64,000 bases of DNA, from NCBI GenBank assembly GCA_965219385.1, contig CBDCNM010000002.1, forward strand, positions 530,639-594,638, written 5' to 3'. Position 1 is the stretch's first letter; every line of letters begins with the position of its first letter. Origin of the DNA: Candidatus Latescibacterota bacterium (lineage in GTDB: Bacteria; Latescibacterota; UBA2968; UBA8231). This document shows positions 8,777 through 18,802 of this stretch, piece by piece. A model generated the notes under the pieces. It searched no databases, was not told the origin of the DNA, and worked only from the letters and a program-made list of their open reading frames with translations. The translations under genes and the position numbers were made by a program.

Positions 8777-11365
8777 TCACACCTGCACCAGATCCAGGGC
8801 CAGGGCCCGGGCCGGCCCCGCGGTCTTAACTCGGTCCAGCTTTTTCACCAGTTCCCGGCCCCGTCCCTCGAAACACACCTCTCCAACCTCGAGCCGGCCT
8901 TCCTCCACCTGGATCCGCACCCGCACCCCGCGTCCCTTTGCCCGGTAGTGGATCCGCCCCCAGCCCGAGTCCACCGCAAAGAAAAAAGACCCTTTGCGCC
9001 CATCGAGCCGCGGCGCCAACTCCAGACGCTTCTCCGGAGCGCTGTAGCGGAACCCGGTCAGGGCCAGGAGCATCCCGTACGAAGCCAGGGCCCGGGCGTA
9101 GTAGTTGCCGCACTCGTACTCGTTCCACGGATTGCGCACCCGGCCGTCGTAGCGCTGGCGCACGGCCCTGACAAGAGTCAAACCCTCCTCCACCAGCCCC
9201 TCGTACACCATGTGGCTGGCCACCTGGTACTCGATCCCGGTCCAAACCTCGTCCGAGTACACAAACGGCAGGGAGGGTTTGCCACCCTGGGGCCAGGAGC
9301 ACAAAAGCAGGCCGGGCTCATCGTTGAGGGCGTACCCGGGGCGCTGTGGATTGGCGTGGCCGCGCAGCGAGTTGCGGAAATTGTATTTGAAGAGGGCCGC
9401 CAGGTGCCGCCGCACCCGGGCGCGGCTCAACGGCGGCGCCAGTCCCAGCATGGTGGTGTACCACTGGCCCATCACCCCGTCGGAGATGCAACCGGCTCCG
9501 TACTGGTACTTGGGCCCTTCCTCGTGGAACAGCGCCAGGGCTTCTTCCGAGTAGTGGCCCACCCACTTTTTGAGCCGGCGGCGGCTCTTTAGGTTCTCGA
9601 GCTGGACCTTCTGGGCATAGTATTCGCCATTCCACAAATGTTCGTCGCAATACGCTTTTCCCTTTGCCGCCAGATCCCGGTAGCGGCTGGCATCGGCCTC
9701 CTTGCCCAGGAGCGCGGCCATGGCGGCCATGGCCTGCAGGGCCCCCAGGTAGAAGCTGGTGCACATGATGTCCGCGCCCCAGAATTCGATGTCGTAGGTG
9801 TTGTGGTGCGGCTCGATCAGGGCACCCTGGTGATCCGGGTCCCAGGTCCGGATACAGTACTCCAGGCTGCGCCGCACCAGAGGGTAGTACTCTTCCAGCC
9901 AGGACCGATCCCCGCGGATCTGCCACTCGCGGTAGACCTTCATGATGCCGCCCAGCTGGCCGTCCGCGGCGGCGTGGTAGGTGTGTTGCACGGGGCCGGT
10001 GGGCAGGCTGGAGCGGAAGGCCACGTGCCCGCGTCGGTCCATGGACCACTTCAGTTCCAACTCGCGCAGGGTGCGCTCCAGGGCGGGGAAGAGGTAGGGC
10101 AGGGCCTGGGCGTAGTTCCACACATGGGTGCAAGAGCCGGCGCAGCAACCAGCGCCGTAGGAGCTGCCCTCCCAGCACCACAGCATGCCGTCCTCCTGCC
10201 GCAGCACGGTGGGCGACTTGAGAATGGCCAGATTGGCCGAGACCGCATCCACCACATAGTCGGGCAGGGTGGTGCTGAACAGGGCCCGGTGGAAACGACG
10301 GGTGCGCTCCTCCAGGCTCTGGTGGTTTTTCAGCGCGTGTCTGGCTACCTCCCAGGCATCGCTAAAACGGGTGGCGTACCAGGGCCGGTAGGTGCCGCTC
10401 CGCGCATCGACGTCGCAACAACCCCCATCATCACTCCTCCCGTGCTCCAGATCGGTGTTGGGAGCATGCCAGCAGTAGATCAGCGGAATTTCAACCTGTT
10501 CTCCGCTTTTGAGCTCCAGATCCCAGAACAGGGTGGCGCCCAGGCAGGAGCGGCTCCCGCCCTGGAAGAGGCCGGACCGGCGAGCCGGCGCGAGCTGGCC
10601 CTCCAGCAGCTTGTTGGTCAGCATGGTCAGGGTATCAAACCAGCCGCCGCGGAACCAGGCGCAGTCCGCCCGCTGGCCCGGGCGCGGCGAGACCACGGCG
10701 ATCGAGGTTTTGTGCCGGGCCTCGGGGGCCAGGTCGCTGTCGAAGTAGAGGCCCTGTAGTTTGCCCTGTCCGCGGTGCTCTGCCCAGTGCCCCCGCAACT
10801 CTTCCGCCAAACCCGGGTACTGCGCGTTGAAGGAGAACTGCACCTGCAGGGTGCGCTCGTGCCGGTTGCGCAGCCGGTAGCAAAGGAAGGCAGCGGGCAG
10901 GCCCGTGGCCAGATCATCCCCCGGCACAAAGGGCGAAAACGCCTCCAGGCGCACCTGAAGAGGCAAATCCCGGTCTTCCAGGCGCACCCGGGCAAAGGGA
11001 AATTCGCCGCTGAACTCGACACCTTCCATGTGGGGCAGGCCCTCGTGCCCCGCGGCCAGGCGGCCATTGCCAAAGCGGCCCTGGTTGTAGATATGGGGAT
11101 TCTGCACCGGCCCCTCCAGCACCCGCAAAACCCCCTTTTTGCGGCCCTTTGCCCGGCAGTGGACCGCGGCAAAGGTCATGGGACTGTGCCCGAAACTAGG
11201 GGTATTGAACAGGCAAAAGTCCTGGAGGTTGCCCGCCCCGCCCAGGTGCAGACACCCTGCCCCTATCCCGCCCAGGGGAAAGGCGATCTGCTGCAGGTGC
11301 TCTTCTTTAAAACGCCGCTGTCCTCCCGCGCCCTTCAGCGCCTTTTTGCTGTAGACCGTGCCCAT
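8777..11365 (-). CDS. GH116 family glycoside hydrolase (non-lysosomal glucosylceramidase-like)
   Basis: FPLGGIGAG, WEGS...CCAGSCTHVWNYAQ, AADGQLG, HHNTYDIEFWG, EVWTGIEY, NEYECGNYYAR motifs. Confidence 0.9.
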   Translation of the reverse strand: MGTVYSKKALKGAGGQRRFKEEHLQQIAFPLGGIGAGCLHLGGAGNLQDFCLFNTPSFGHSPMTFAAVHCRAKGRKKGVLRVLEGPVQNPHIYNQGRFGNGRLAAGHEGLPHMEGVEFSGEFPFARVRLEDRDLPLQVRLEAFSPFVPGDDLATGLPAAFLCYRLRNRHERTLQVQFSFNAQYPGLAEELRGHWAEHRGQGKLQGLYFDSDLAPEARHKTSIAVVSPRPGQRADCAWFRGGWFDTLTMLTNKLLEGQLAPARRSGLFQGGSRSCLGATLFWDLELKSGEQVEIPLIYCWHAPNTDLEHGRSDDGGCCDVDARSGTYRPWYATRFSDAWEVARHALKNHQSLEERTRRFHRALFSTTLPDYVVDAVSANLAILKSPTVLRQEDGMLWCWEGSSYGAGCCAGSCTHVWNYAQALPYLFPALERTLRELELKWSMDRRGHVAFRSSLPTGPVQHTYHAAADGQLGGIMKVYREWQIRGDRSWLEEYYPLVRRSLEYCIRTWDPDHQGALIEPHHNTYDIEFWGADIMCTSFYLGALQAMAAMAALLGKEADASRYRDLAAKGKAYCDEHLWNGEYYAQKVQLENLKSRRRLKKWVGHYSEEALALFHEEGPKYQYGAGCISDGVMGQWYTTMLGLAPPLSRARVRRHLAALFKYNFRNSLRGHANPQRPGYALNDEPGLLLCSWPQGGKPSLPFVYSDEVWTGIEYQVASHMVYEGLVEEGLTLVRAVRQRYDGRVRNPWNEYECGNYYARALASYGMLLALTGFRYSAPEKRLELAPRLDGRKGSFFFAVDSGWGRIHYRAKGRGVRVRIQVEEGRLEVGEVCFEGRGRELVKKLDRVKTAGPARALALDLVQV

Positions 11366-11390
11366 TTCTGCTCCTGCTTTCCGGCGATAT

Positions 11391-12719
11391 TCAGTTGTCC
11401 ACAAGGGTCTTGTTGGCTTCGCGTTCGAGCCGGGCCAGGGTCTTCTCCACGTCGGCCCCATCCGCACTTTCCACCATGGCGTCGCCGATCAGGCGCCGCA
11501 CCTGCTGGTACCCGGCCACGGCGGGCTCGGACTTGCCGTAGTCCAGCAATTGGTAAGCCGTTTTATAATGGGGATTCTCGGCAAAGTACTCCTCCAGTTC
11601 CCGGGCCGTGCTCTTGCGCACCGGGAAGTAGTTGCTCGCCCGCACCCAGCGGGCCTGCGGGGCCGGCTCGGTGAACCAGCGCACGAAGAGCCAGGCCGCC
11701 AGCTGCTGCGCCGGGGTGGTGCGGCACACCGAGACGCTGGCCCCGTACACGTTCACTACCGGACGCTCTCCAACATAGGGCGGCGAACCCACCCCCCACT
11801 CGAACGCCACCCCGGAATCTTCTATCCCTCTTTTGAAGTTGGGCAGGCCGGACGACGAGCGCATGGCAAAGAGCACCTGTCCCTGAACAAAACGATTCTG
11901 ATCGCCGAATTCCTCGCCGAGCAGTTCCACGGCCCCGTCCCCGATCAGCTCCTGCATCAGCTTCAGGGCGGCGCGGGCCTGCGGGGTGTTCAGGGTATAG
12001 GCGGTCTTTTCGGGGTTCATCAGATCCCCGCCGCGGCCAAAGACCATGGAGGCCAGGCGGCTGGCGTCCGCCTCCAGCAAAAAACCCAGACACAGGTCCT
12101 TTTTTTCTACCTTGCTGAAGGGCTGAGCTTTGGCCCTGCGGCACATCTGGGCAAATTTGTCCCAGGTTCTGGGGGGCCCGTCGTAGCCCAGTTCGCGCAG
12201 CCAGTCCACGTTGTAGTAGAAGACCTCCATGGAGCGATTGGGTGGAAAGCCGACCTGCACCCCCTGCATCCGGTCCTGGACCATGAAAGCCTGTATGTAG
12301 TCCTTTTGGGCCGCCGGGTCCAGGCCCCACTGGGACGAGTTGATGTAGGGGGTCAGATCCACTACCCCATCTGCCTGGTAGTAGGCCAGGGCCTGATTCT
12401 GGTACGCCACCACCAACTGGGGCAGAGCGCCGCCCTGGAGGGCCACCAGCATCTTGTTGTAGATATCGCCGTAGTTCCCGGCGAACTCCCCGCGCACCTG
12501 GATCTGGTGCGGGTTTTTCTGGTTGAACTCCTCGATCAGCTGCAGCAGCGCATCCTCGCGCTGGAGGGTGTGCTGGTACCAGAACACCACCTCCTGGCCC
12601 TGCGGGTCCACCTCTTCCAGGTCGACCGGCGTGGATGGGGTCCTTTCGCCCTGGGGAGCGCAGGCCCCCCCCAGCAGACAAAACAGCGGCAGGATTATAG
12701 AACAGGTAGCGATTCTCAT
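11391..12719 (-). CDS. Carbohydrate ABC transporter solute-binding lipoprotein (UgpB-like)
   Basis: Lipobox LLGGAC; PPNRSMEVFYYN, PPRTWD, AAWLFVRW...YFPVRKS; adjacent permeases. Confidence 0.88.
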   Translation of the reverse strand: MRIATCSIILPLFCLLGGACAPQGERTPSTPVDLEEVDPQGQEVVFWYQHTLQREDALLQLIEEFNQKNPHQIQVRGEFAGNYGDIYNKMLVALQGGALPQLVVAYQNQALAYYQADGVVDLTPYINSSQWGLDPAAQKDYIQAFMVQDRMQGVQVGFPPNRSMEVFYYNVDWLRELGYDGPPRTWDKFAQMCRRAKAQPFSKVEKKDLCLGFLLEADASRLASMVFGRGGDLMNPEKTAYTLNTPQARAALKLMQELIGDGAVELLGEEFGDQNRFVQGQVLFAMRSSSGLPNFKRGIEDSGVAFEWGVGSPPYVGERPVVNVYGASVSVCRTTPAQQLAAWLFVRWFTEPAPQARWVRASNYFPVRKSTARELEEYFAENPHYKTAYQLLDYGKSEPAVAGYQQVRRLIGDAMVESADGADVEKTLARLEREANKTLVDN

Positions 12720-12723
12720 TGAT

Positions 12724-13572
12724 TCACCCCTTGAGTCCGGACATGGAAATGCCCTCGGTAAATTCGCGCTGGATCAGAAAGTAGGCCAGCAGCACCGGAA
12801 AGGTGGCGATGAGGGCTCCGGCCATCTGCAAATGCACCTCGGTCCCGGCCTCGCTGACAAACTGCTGCAGCCCCACGGCAATCGGCCGCCATTTCGGAGT
12901 GTAGGTCACCAGCAGGGGCCAGGCCAGGGCGTTCCACGAGCCGATGAAGGTGAACATGCCGACCGTAAGCAAAGGGGCACGGCACAGCGGCAGCACGATC
13001 TGGAACAAAAAGCGAATATGGCCGGCCCCGTCGATCCGGGCCGCCTCCCACAGCTCCCCTGGCAGCCCGCGGAGGAACTGGCGCAGCAGGAAGATGCAGA
13101 ACGCACTGGCCATGAAAGGCACGGTCAGGGCCGGCCAGCTGTCGAGCCAGGCAAAGGGACTGTTCTGGTGCAGCCAGGTTATGGTGAGAAAGTTGGGCAC
13201 CATGGTCACGGTCTCTGGAATCATCAGGGTCGCCAGGATGCAGACGAAGACCGGATTCCGGCCGCGGAACCGCATCCGCGCCAGGGGATAGGCCGCCATC
13301 AGCGAAAACAGCAAGGTGCCGCCCACCTGCAGGGCGGCGACGATCAGCGAGTTTTCGAAGTAGAGCCCAAAATCCGCTTCCTTCCAGGCCAAAAGGTAGT
13401 TCTCCCACTGGGCCTCGGCCGGCAGGAAGACCTTGCGCAGGGTTTCCCCCCGCGTCATGAAGGAGGCCAGCAGCATCCACACAAAGGGCACGGCAGCCAC
13501 CACCCCGCCCAGCACCAGACCAGCGTAGGTCGCCCAGGACACCCACCTTACCGAGCGCTTCTCACTCCCCAT
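12724..13572 (-). CDS. Carbohydrate ABC transporter permease (MalG/UgpE-like)
   Basis: EAA loop ELWEAARIDGA; SWNALAWP; transmembrane helices. Confidence 0.9.
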   Translation of the reverse strand: MGSEKRSVRWVSWATYAGLVLGGVVAAVPFVWMLLASFMTRGETLRKVFLPAEAQWENYLLAWKEADFGLYFENSLIVAALQVGGTLLFSLMAAYPLARMRFRGRNPVFVCILATLMIPETVTMVPNFLTITWLHQNSPFAWLDSWPALTVPFMASAFCIFLLRQFLRGLPGELWEAARIDGAGHIRFLFQIVLPLCRAPLLTVGMFTFIGSWNALAWPLLVTYTPKWRPIAVGLQQFVSEAGTEVHLQMAGALIATFPVLLAYFLIQREFTEGISMSGLKG

Positions 13573-14704
13573 AAAACACCCGCTTCCCCAACACCCTGTT
13601 CTGCAGCAGAGTGAGCGCCAGGATGGCCACAAAGAGGACAAAAGCCAGGGTCGCGGCGTACCCGGCATTGTGGTACTCGAAGATCTGGTCGAAGATCGCG
13701 ATGCTGAGCACATCCACGGTGTCGCGCGCCCCCGGGGTGCGCATGATGTAGATGTGGTTAAAGGCCTTGAAGGTGCCGATCACCGCCACCATGGAGAGAA
13801 AAAACAGGGTCGGTGAGACCAGGGGCAGGGTAATGTGGCGGAAGGACTGCCAGTTTCCGGCGCCATCGATCTGGGCGGCTTCGTAGTAGTGCCTGGGGAT
13901 GGCGCTCAACCCGGCCAGGAGAATCACGGTGTCGTAGCCGATGTACACCCAGATATTGTAGAGGATGATCGAGACCAGGGCAAGGCTGGGAAAGCACTCG
14001 TTGATCCACAGCGGGCAGTTGGTCACCCCCAATCCCTTGAGCGCCAGAAAGACCACAGATTTATTCTCGTAGAGCCAGCGCTGATTCTCCATGCCCAGGG
14101 CGCCCCAGAAACGGTTGGCCAGGGACGAAGGATGGGGATTGAAAATGGTGCGGAAAACCACGGCGGAGGCAATCACCGGAGTAACGTAGGGCAGAAAGAA
14201 CAACACCCGGAAAACCCCTCTGCCACGCCAGCTCTTGAAGAGCAGGTAGGCCAGGCCCATGGATACGCTCAACTGCACGGGGATGGTGCCCAGGGCGTAA
14301 AAGAAGGTAACCTTGAAACCATTGTAGAGGCGTCCATCCCCGCTCTTCAGCATACCCGGCAGGCCCGCGAACAGCAGCAGCCACCCAGCGGCCAGGATCA
14401 ACCCCCAAAAGGCCAGCACCGGCACCAGGCGCTGGCCGGCCTCCTGCTGGCGCCAGCGGCTCCGCAACCAGCTCGCCCCCCAGATCAGGCCTAGACCCAG
14501 AAGGAAACAGGCGAAAAAGCGGGGCTCTCCCAGGGCCCGGACGTAGTGGTCCAGGCCGATCAGCGCCTCCTGCTTGATCCGCCATCGGTGCAAACTGACG
14601 TAAAGGGCGTAGCCAATGGGAAAGAGCCCGAAGGCGGCCAGCGCGATCAGGGCCGGCGCCATGAATCCCCAGGCTATGGCCTGTTCCTTGAAGTTGCTTT
14701 TCAT
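13562..14704 (-). CDS. Carbohydrate ABC transporter permease (MalF/UgpA-like)
   Basis: YYEAAQIDGA EAA loop; FRHITLPLVSPT; overlaps the next permease. Confidence 0.9.
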   Translation of the reverse strand: MKSNFKEQAIAWGFMAPALIALAAFGLFPIGYALYVSLHRWRIKQEALIGLDHYVRALGEPRFFACFLLGLGLIWGASWLRSRWRQQEAGQRLVPVLAFWGLILAAGWLLLFAGLPGMLKSGDGRLYNGFKVTFFYALGTIPVQLSVSMGLAYLLFKSWRGRGVFRVLFFLPYVTPVIASAVVFRTIFNPHPSSLANRFWGALGMENQRWLYENKSVVFLALKGLGVTNCPLWINECFPSLALVSIILYNIWVYIGYDTVILLAGLSAIPRHYYEAAQIDGAGNWQSFRHITLPLVSPTLFFLSMVAVIGTFKAFNHIYIMRTPGARDTVDVLSIAIFDQIFEYHNAGYAATLAFVLFVAILALTLLQNRVLGKRVFYGE

Positions 14705-14913
14705 AGAAGCCGTGCGAATGCGCGTCGGAGGGGCGTAGACACAGCCGGGATTTGCTCTACGATATGGGCTGCACGGCAAGTTGTCAATATCGAGCGCCCG
14801 CATTCGACCAACTGCTCAGTTGAAGGTTTTCCGCGGATCTCGCGCCACGATCCGCCAGGTGCCCGCGGCGCTGTTGAGGGCCAGGGGCATCAAATGTGAT
14901 CAAGCCCGGGGGC

Positions 14914-14941
14914 TTGACAGCGGGATTTCTTCGGGTATACT
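14914..14941 (+). promoter_or_regulatory. Sigma-70-type promoter
   Basis: TTGACA-N16-TATACT about 80 bp upstream of the gene at 15022. Confidence 0.6.
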
Positions 14942-15021
14942 GTCAGTACTTCACGAAATACCCGTAGCTATTTGGCCCTCAAGGCCGGGAGGGGATGTTG
15001 CCGGCCGCTAGGAGAGCGCTC

Positions 15022-16581
15022 ATGGTCCAGATGACAGACGTCAATACCACCGACATTGTCGACGCCATCCGCCTTGGCTGCGACGCCATGTCCCGGGTGT
15101 TCAACCCCGCCGATGACGACATCCCCTACTTCCGCGTCATCGTGCGCCCCGAGGCCTACCTCGACATGAGCATGCCCGACCACGTACCGGGCCGCCACCT
15201 CAACGCCCTGCTCAACGCCAAGGACGCGGCCGGAATCGAAGTGGACGAGGAGGTCATCGACAAACACGCCCGCGCCAACTACTTCTCGTTCAGTGGTCCG
15301 GTGGCCCTGTCCCTGGGCCGCGTGGATTGCAAAGGCGCCCTGATCCAATTCAATGCCCACCATGTGCGCGAAGCCTTTCACGCCCTCTACCCCCTGGTCC
15401 AGTACCGCGGCTCGGAGCGGACTCGAGAGGTGGCCGAAGCCTGCATCGACGCCGTCTTCGAGTACTTCGACCCGGCCTCGGACTGGGACTACGACCGCCT
15501 CGAAAAAGAGCACGGTCTCGATTGTCACCGAGACGGCACCTTCGTCACCGGGGTGGCCCGTTCGATCGGTTCCCTGGTGAAGTACTACCGGGCCACCGGG
15601 TACGGACCCGCCCTGGAACTGGCCCTTGTGCTCAAGGAAAAAGCCCTCGCCGAAGTCTTCAAAGAGGACGGCTCCTACGATCCCGGCGTCTTCGGCACCC
15701 ACGCCCACTCCACCACCTGCACCCTGTCCTCCCTAGCTCAGCTGGCCGACCTGACCCAGGACTCCACCCTCATGAAAAGGGTGAAAGCCTTTTACGACAA
15801 TGGCCTGTGGGAGATGCGCGACGAGGTGGGCTGGTCCATCGAGGGGACCCGCTCTGCCGCGGACCGCTCGGACGAGGGCGAGATGAACAATACCGGCGAC
15901 ATCCTGGAGACCGCCCTGATCCTGGGCCGCTGGGGCTATCCCGAATCCTACCACGATGCCGAGCGCATCCTGCGCTGCCACCTGTTGCCCTCCCAACTGC
16001 GGGATATCTCCTTCATCCAGGAACCAGAAAACCCCGATGGGATCGACCGGCTGGAAAACGTGGCCGAGCGGGTGCGCGGGTGCTTCGGCTTTCCCGCCCC
16101 CTACGGCCACGAGCCCATCGGCAACCAGCGGATCCGCTTCAACACCGATGTGGTGGGCGGGAGCGTGGGCTCTTTGTGCGAGGCCCTCAGGGAGATCGCG
16201 CGCTTCGAGCCGAGCGGGCACTGGGTCAACCTGCTCTTCGACCACGAAACCCCGCACCTGGCGATCGAATCGCCCTACACCCATTCGGCCCTGCGCATCC
16301 GGGTGAAAACGCCGGGGGCCCTCTTTGTGCGCATCCCGCCCTGGGTGGACCGCGGCAGTATCGTGCTGAGCAAGGTGGATTCACAACCCCGCCACACCAA
16401 CGGCTACCTTTTTTTTGCCGCCCCGCCCGTCAACCGGCCCATCGCCATTGAGTTTCCCCTGGTACAGCAGGAGCTCACCCTCAATCACCAGGCGCGGGAT
16501 ATCAGGACCCGTCTGAGGGGCGACGAGGTGATGGCCATGGAAAACTTCGGGGCCGACCTGACCTTTTTCGACCCTCTATAG
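15022..16581 (+). CDS. Hypothetical protein, probable (alpha/alpha)6-barrel plus beta-sandwich, GH127-like
   Basis: Long ORF with host-like codon usage; GGAG RBS; HAHSTT, GEMNNTGD motifs and C-terminal LFVRIPPW typical of GH127-like beta-sandwich. Confidence 0.5.
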   Translation: MVQMTDVNTTDIVDAIRLGCDAMSRVFNPADDDIPYFRVIVRPEAYLDMSMPDHVPGRHLNALLNAKDAAGIEVDEEVIDKHARANYFSFSGPVALSLGRVDCKGALIQFNAHHVREAFHALYPLVQYRGSERTREVAEACIDAVFEYFDPASDWDYDRLEKEHGLDCHRDGTFVTGVARSIGSLVKYYRATGYGPALELALVLKEKALAEVFKEDGSYDPGVFGTHAHSTTCTLSSLAQLADLTQDSTLMKRVKAFYDNGLWEMRDEVGWSIEGTRSAADRSDEGEMNNTGDILETALILGRWGYPESYHDAERILRCHLLPSQLRDISFIQEPENPDGIDRLENVAERVRGCFGFPAPYGHEPIGNQRIRFNTDVVGGSVGSLCEALREIARFEPSGHWVNLLFDHETPHLAIESPYTHSALRIRVKTPGALFVRIPPWVDRGSIVLSKVDSQPRHTNGYLFFAAPPVNRPIAIEFPLVQQELTLNHQARDIRTRLRGDEVMAMENFGADLTFFDPL

Positions 16582-16613
16582 CGAAAGGCCGACGGGGGTT
16601 TTGAGACGGCTTC

Positions 16614-18572
16614 TCAGACCCAGTACAGCCCGTGCCCCTGCGAGCCGGTGACCACGTCTACCAGCAGCCAGAACGCAACGGCGGCAAACTGCCCGAGAAT
16701 GAATCCCAGAAAAAGCGGCCGGGTCGCTCCCAGCAAACGCGGTCCGCCGTAGCGTATCAACACCGCCTTTACAAGCCATATCAGGAAGACGCTGAACCAG
16801 ATATGGCGGGTCAGCATCATCTGGGATACGGTCAATCCCATCGGGTGAATCGGGAAAGACAGCAGATGGGCGCGCATCCAGAAAAGCCCGGTCATAATCA
16901 GGCACCCCAGGGCCATGAGCCCCATCCCGCTCCCGTCCGGCTCGGCGGGGTTGCGCAGGAAGTGCGCGGCAAAGTCGATGGTGTATCTCGGTCCATTGAG
17001 GAAAAACCATGAATTGGCGTTATTGGCACCGACCTGATAGGCCAGGTACAGGGTCGCCCATATCGACACCGCCAGTCCCAGGACCACCGCCAGCATCATC
17101 CCCCACAGGACCACCCTTTTCTGCTGGATGGATTCGGTCAACTTCAAGCCGTTGGCGACCGCCGCCATCACGAAGGTGCGCACATCGCTCATCCACACCT
17201 GCCCGAAGGAGAGGACGCCGATAGTTCCCGACGGCCCCAGCATATGGGTGCCGAAAAAGGTTCTCACCACCGTAGGGGTGATTATCTGGGCCCGGGTCGC
17301 GGCCAGACCGGACTCGCACAGGATGCGGGTAATCCCCAGAAACGTCGCCGCGGCTATCACGACAAAGGCGACCGATGCCCACCAGGGAACCCCTGCGGCG
17401 ATGAACCAGCCCGTCATCAGCACGAATCCCAGCGCCAACTGGAAAAGCAGGTTTCTCGGTGAGAAATCTTTCCCTGGATCGGTCCCTTCATCCGGCCGCA
17501 TGGCCGCCCGCAGGCTCTGTCCCAGAAAGCCACGGGCGATCCACAGGGTATGCCCTACCAGGGCGATCAGCGCCCCGAACTGGACAAAGGCCATGATCGA
17601 GCCGCCGTCGCTCTGGGTGTATATGTCCAGGGTCAGACCCCGCGACAGCCCGACCATATTAAAATACCCCTTCACCACGAGGCCCAGAAGGTGGAACACC
17701 CAGATACTCAGGGCTACCTCCTGGTTGACGATGTAGGCAAACCCCATCATCGGAAAGCTCAAATTAAAGGTGAGGCTTTCCAGGCCCCGGAAGATGGGCA
17801 TGCTGTGGTTCAGGGCAATGGGGGGGACAAAGTGAAAATAAGCGTGTAGACCGTTCACCGAGGTGATTGTGAAGGGAACGGCAAACCCCACCCACATCAC
17901 CGGATTGCGGAAGAAGGAATTGATGGCTCTGTCGCGCTCCTGGGTCCCCATCACCAGCGGCAGCTGGGCGAGAGGATAGCTCAGGCGCTCGTGTTCGATC
18001 CACTGTTTGCGGAAGAGTACGGCAAGCGAAATCATAATCAGGTACAACCCCAGCAAAACCGGCAGCCAGGCCAGCAAGGGTGGCAGCCAGGCCTCCCAGG
18101 GAACCGCCTGCTCCCTGGAGATGCCCTCGTAGAAGCCGCGGATGGCTTCCTCCCCCTGGGGCACCAGCCAGTGCGGCACAAACGGCTGGATTACCTCCGC
18201 CCATTGATTTTCAGCGTTGGCCAGGTAGGATACGGCGGGCAGGATCGGGATCAAATACAGGGTCAATCCCATGGTGCAGATCGAACAGGAGATGGCCGCC
18301 ATCACGTAGGCGATGAAAAGCTCGCCCGAGGCAAAGGACCCTCCGGGAAGTAAACGACGCAGCAGTCCGTTCACAAAGAGAGAGACGCACAAGAGCAGGA
18401 AGACCGCGGCGGCGGTGGTGAAGTCGATGGTCATATAGGACCCTGTGAGCACCAGGCAGTTATACGGTCCCCAGAGGGCCACCACCACACTCAGCGCGGT
18501 TCCCAGGAGCACGGCCCGCAACGGGCGCACTTGACCTGTGGTGGGTTCCGTAGTTGTTGGCTCGATGTTCAT
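16614..18572 (-). CDS. Polytopic membrane protein, DUF6785/DUF6784-like (putative transporter)
   Basis: RKQWIEHERLSYPLAQLP and FPIHPMG...WFSVFLIWLVKAVLIRYGG motifs; about 15 or more hydrophobic helices. Confidence 0.75.
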   Translation of the reverse strand: MNIEPTTTEPTTGQVRPLRAVLLGTALSVVVALWGPYNCLVLTGSYMTIDFTTAAAVFLLLCVSLFVNGLLRRLLPGGSFASGELFIAYVMAAISCSICTMGLTLYLIPILPAVSYLANAENQWAEVIQPFVPHWLVPQGEEAIRGFYEGISREQAVPWEAWLPPLLAWLPVLLGLYLIMISLAVLFRKQWIEHERLSYPLAQLPLVMGTQERDRAINSFFRNPVMWVGFAVPFTITSVNGLHAYFHFVPPIALNHSMPIFRGLESLTFNLSFPMMGFAYIVNQEVALSIWVFHLLGLVVKGYFNMVGLSRGLTLDIYTQSDGGSIMAFVQFGALIALVGHTLWIARGFLGQSLRAAMRPDEGTDPGKDFSPRNLLFQLALGFVLMTGWFIAAGVPWWASVAFVVIAAATFLGITRILCESGLAATRAQIITPTVVRTFFGTHMLGPSGTIGVLSFGQVWMSDVRTFVMAAVANGLKLTESIQQKRVVLWGMMLAVVLGLAVSIWATLYLAYQVGANNANSWFFLNGPRYTIDFAAHFLRNPAEPDGSGMGLMALGCLIMTGLFWMRAHLLSFPIHPMGLTVSQMMLTRHIWFSVFLIWLVKAVLIRYGGPRLLGATRPLFLGFILGQFAAVAFWLLVDVVTGSQGHGLYWV

Positions 18573-18802
18573 GGGTCCATTCTCAGTACTGCGCACAATA
18601 GAGGATGGTCGGAAGACTACGACAGCGCCATAGTTCAAGGGGCCAGGGGTTCCCTCGAACGGAGCTTATAAAAACGATTTTTTCGATCCGACGGTCAAGC
18701 TACTTCAAGTGTATTGACGCTCCTGGCGGCAAGGACGATATTTGTTCTGGGAGCCGCGGCTTCCGTGGGTATCGAGGATATTTAAAGAAAGGCTTTCACG
18801 CC

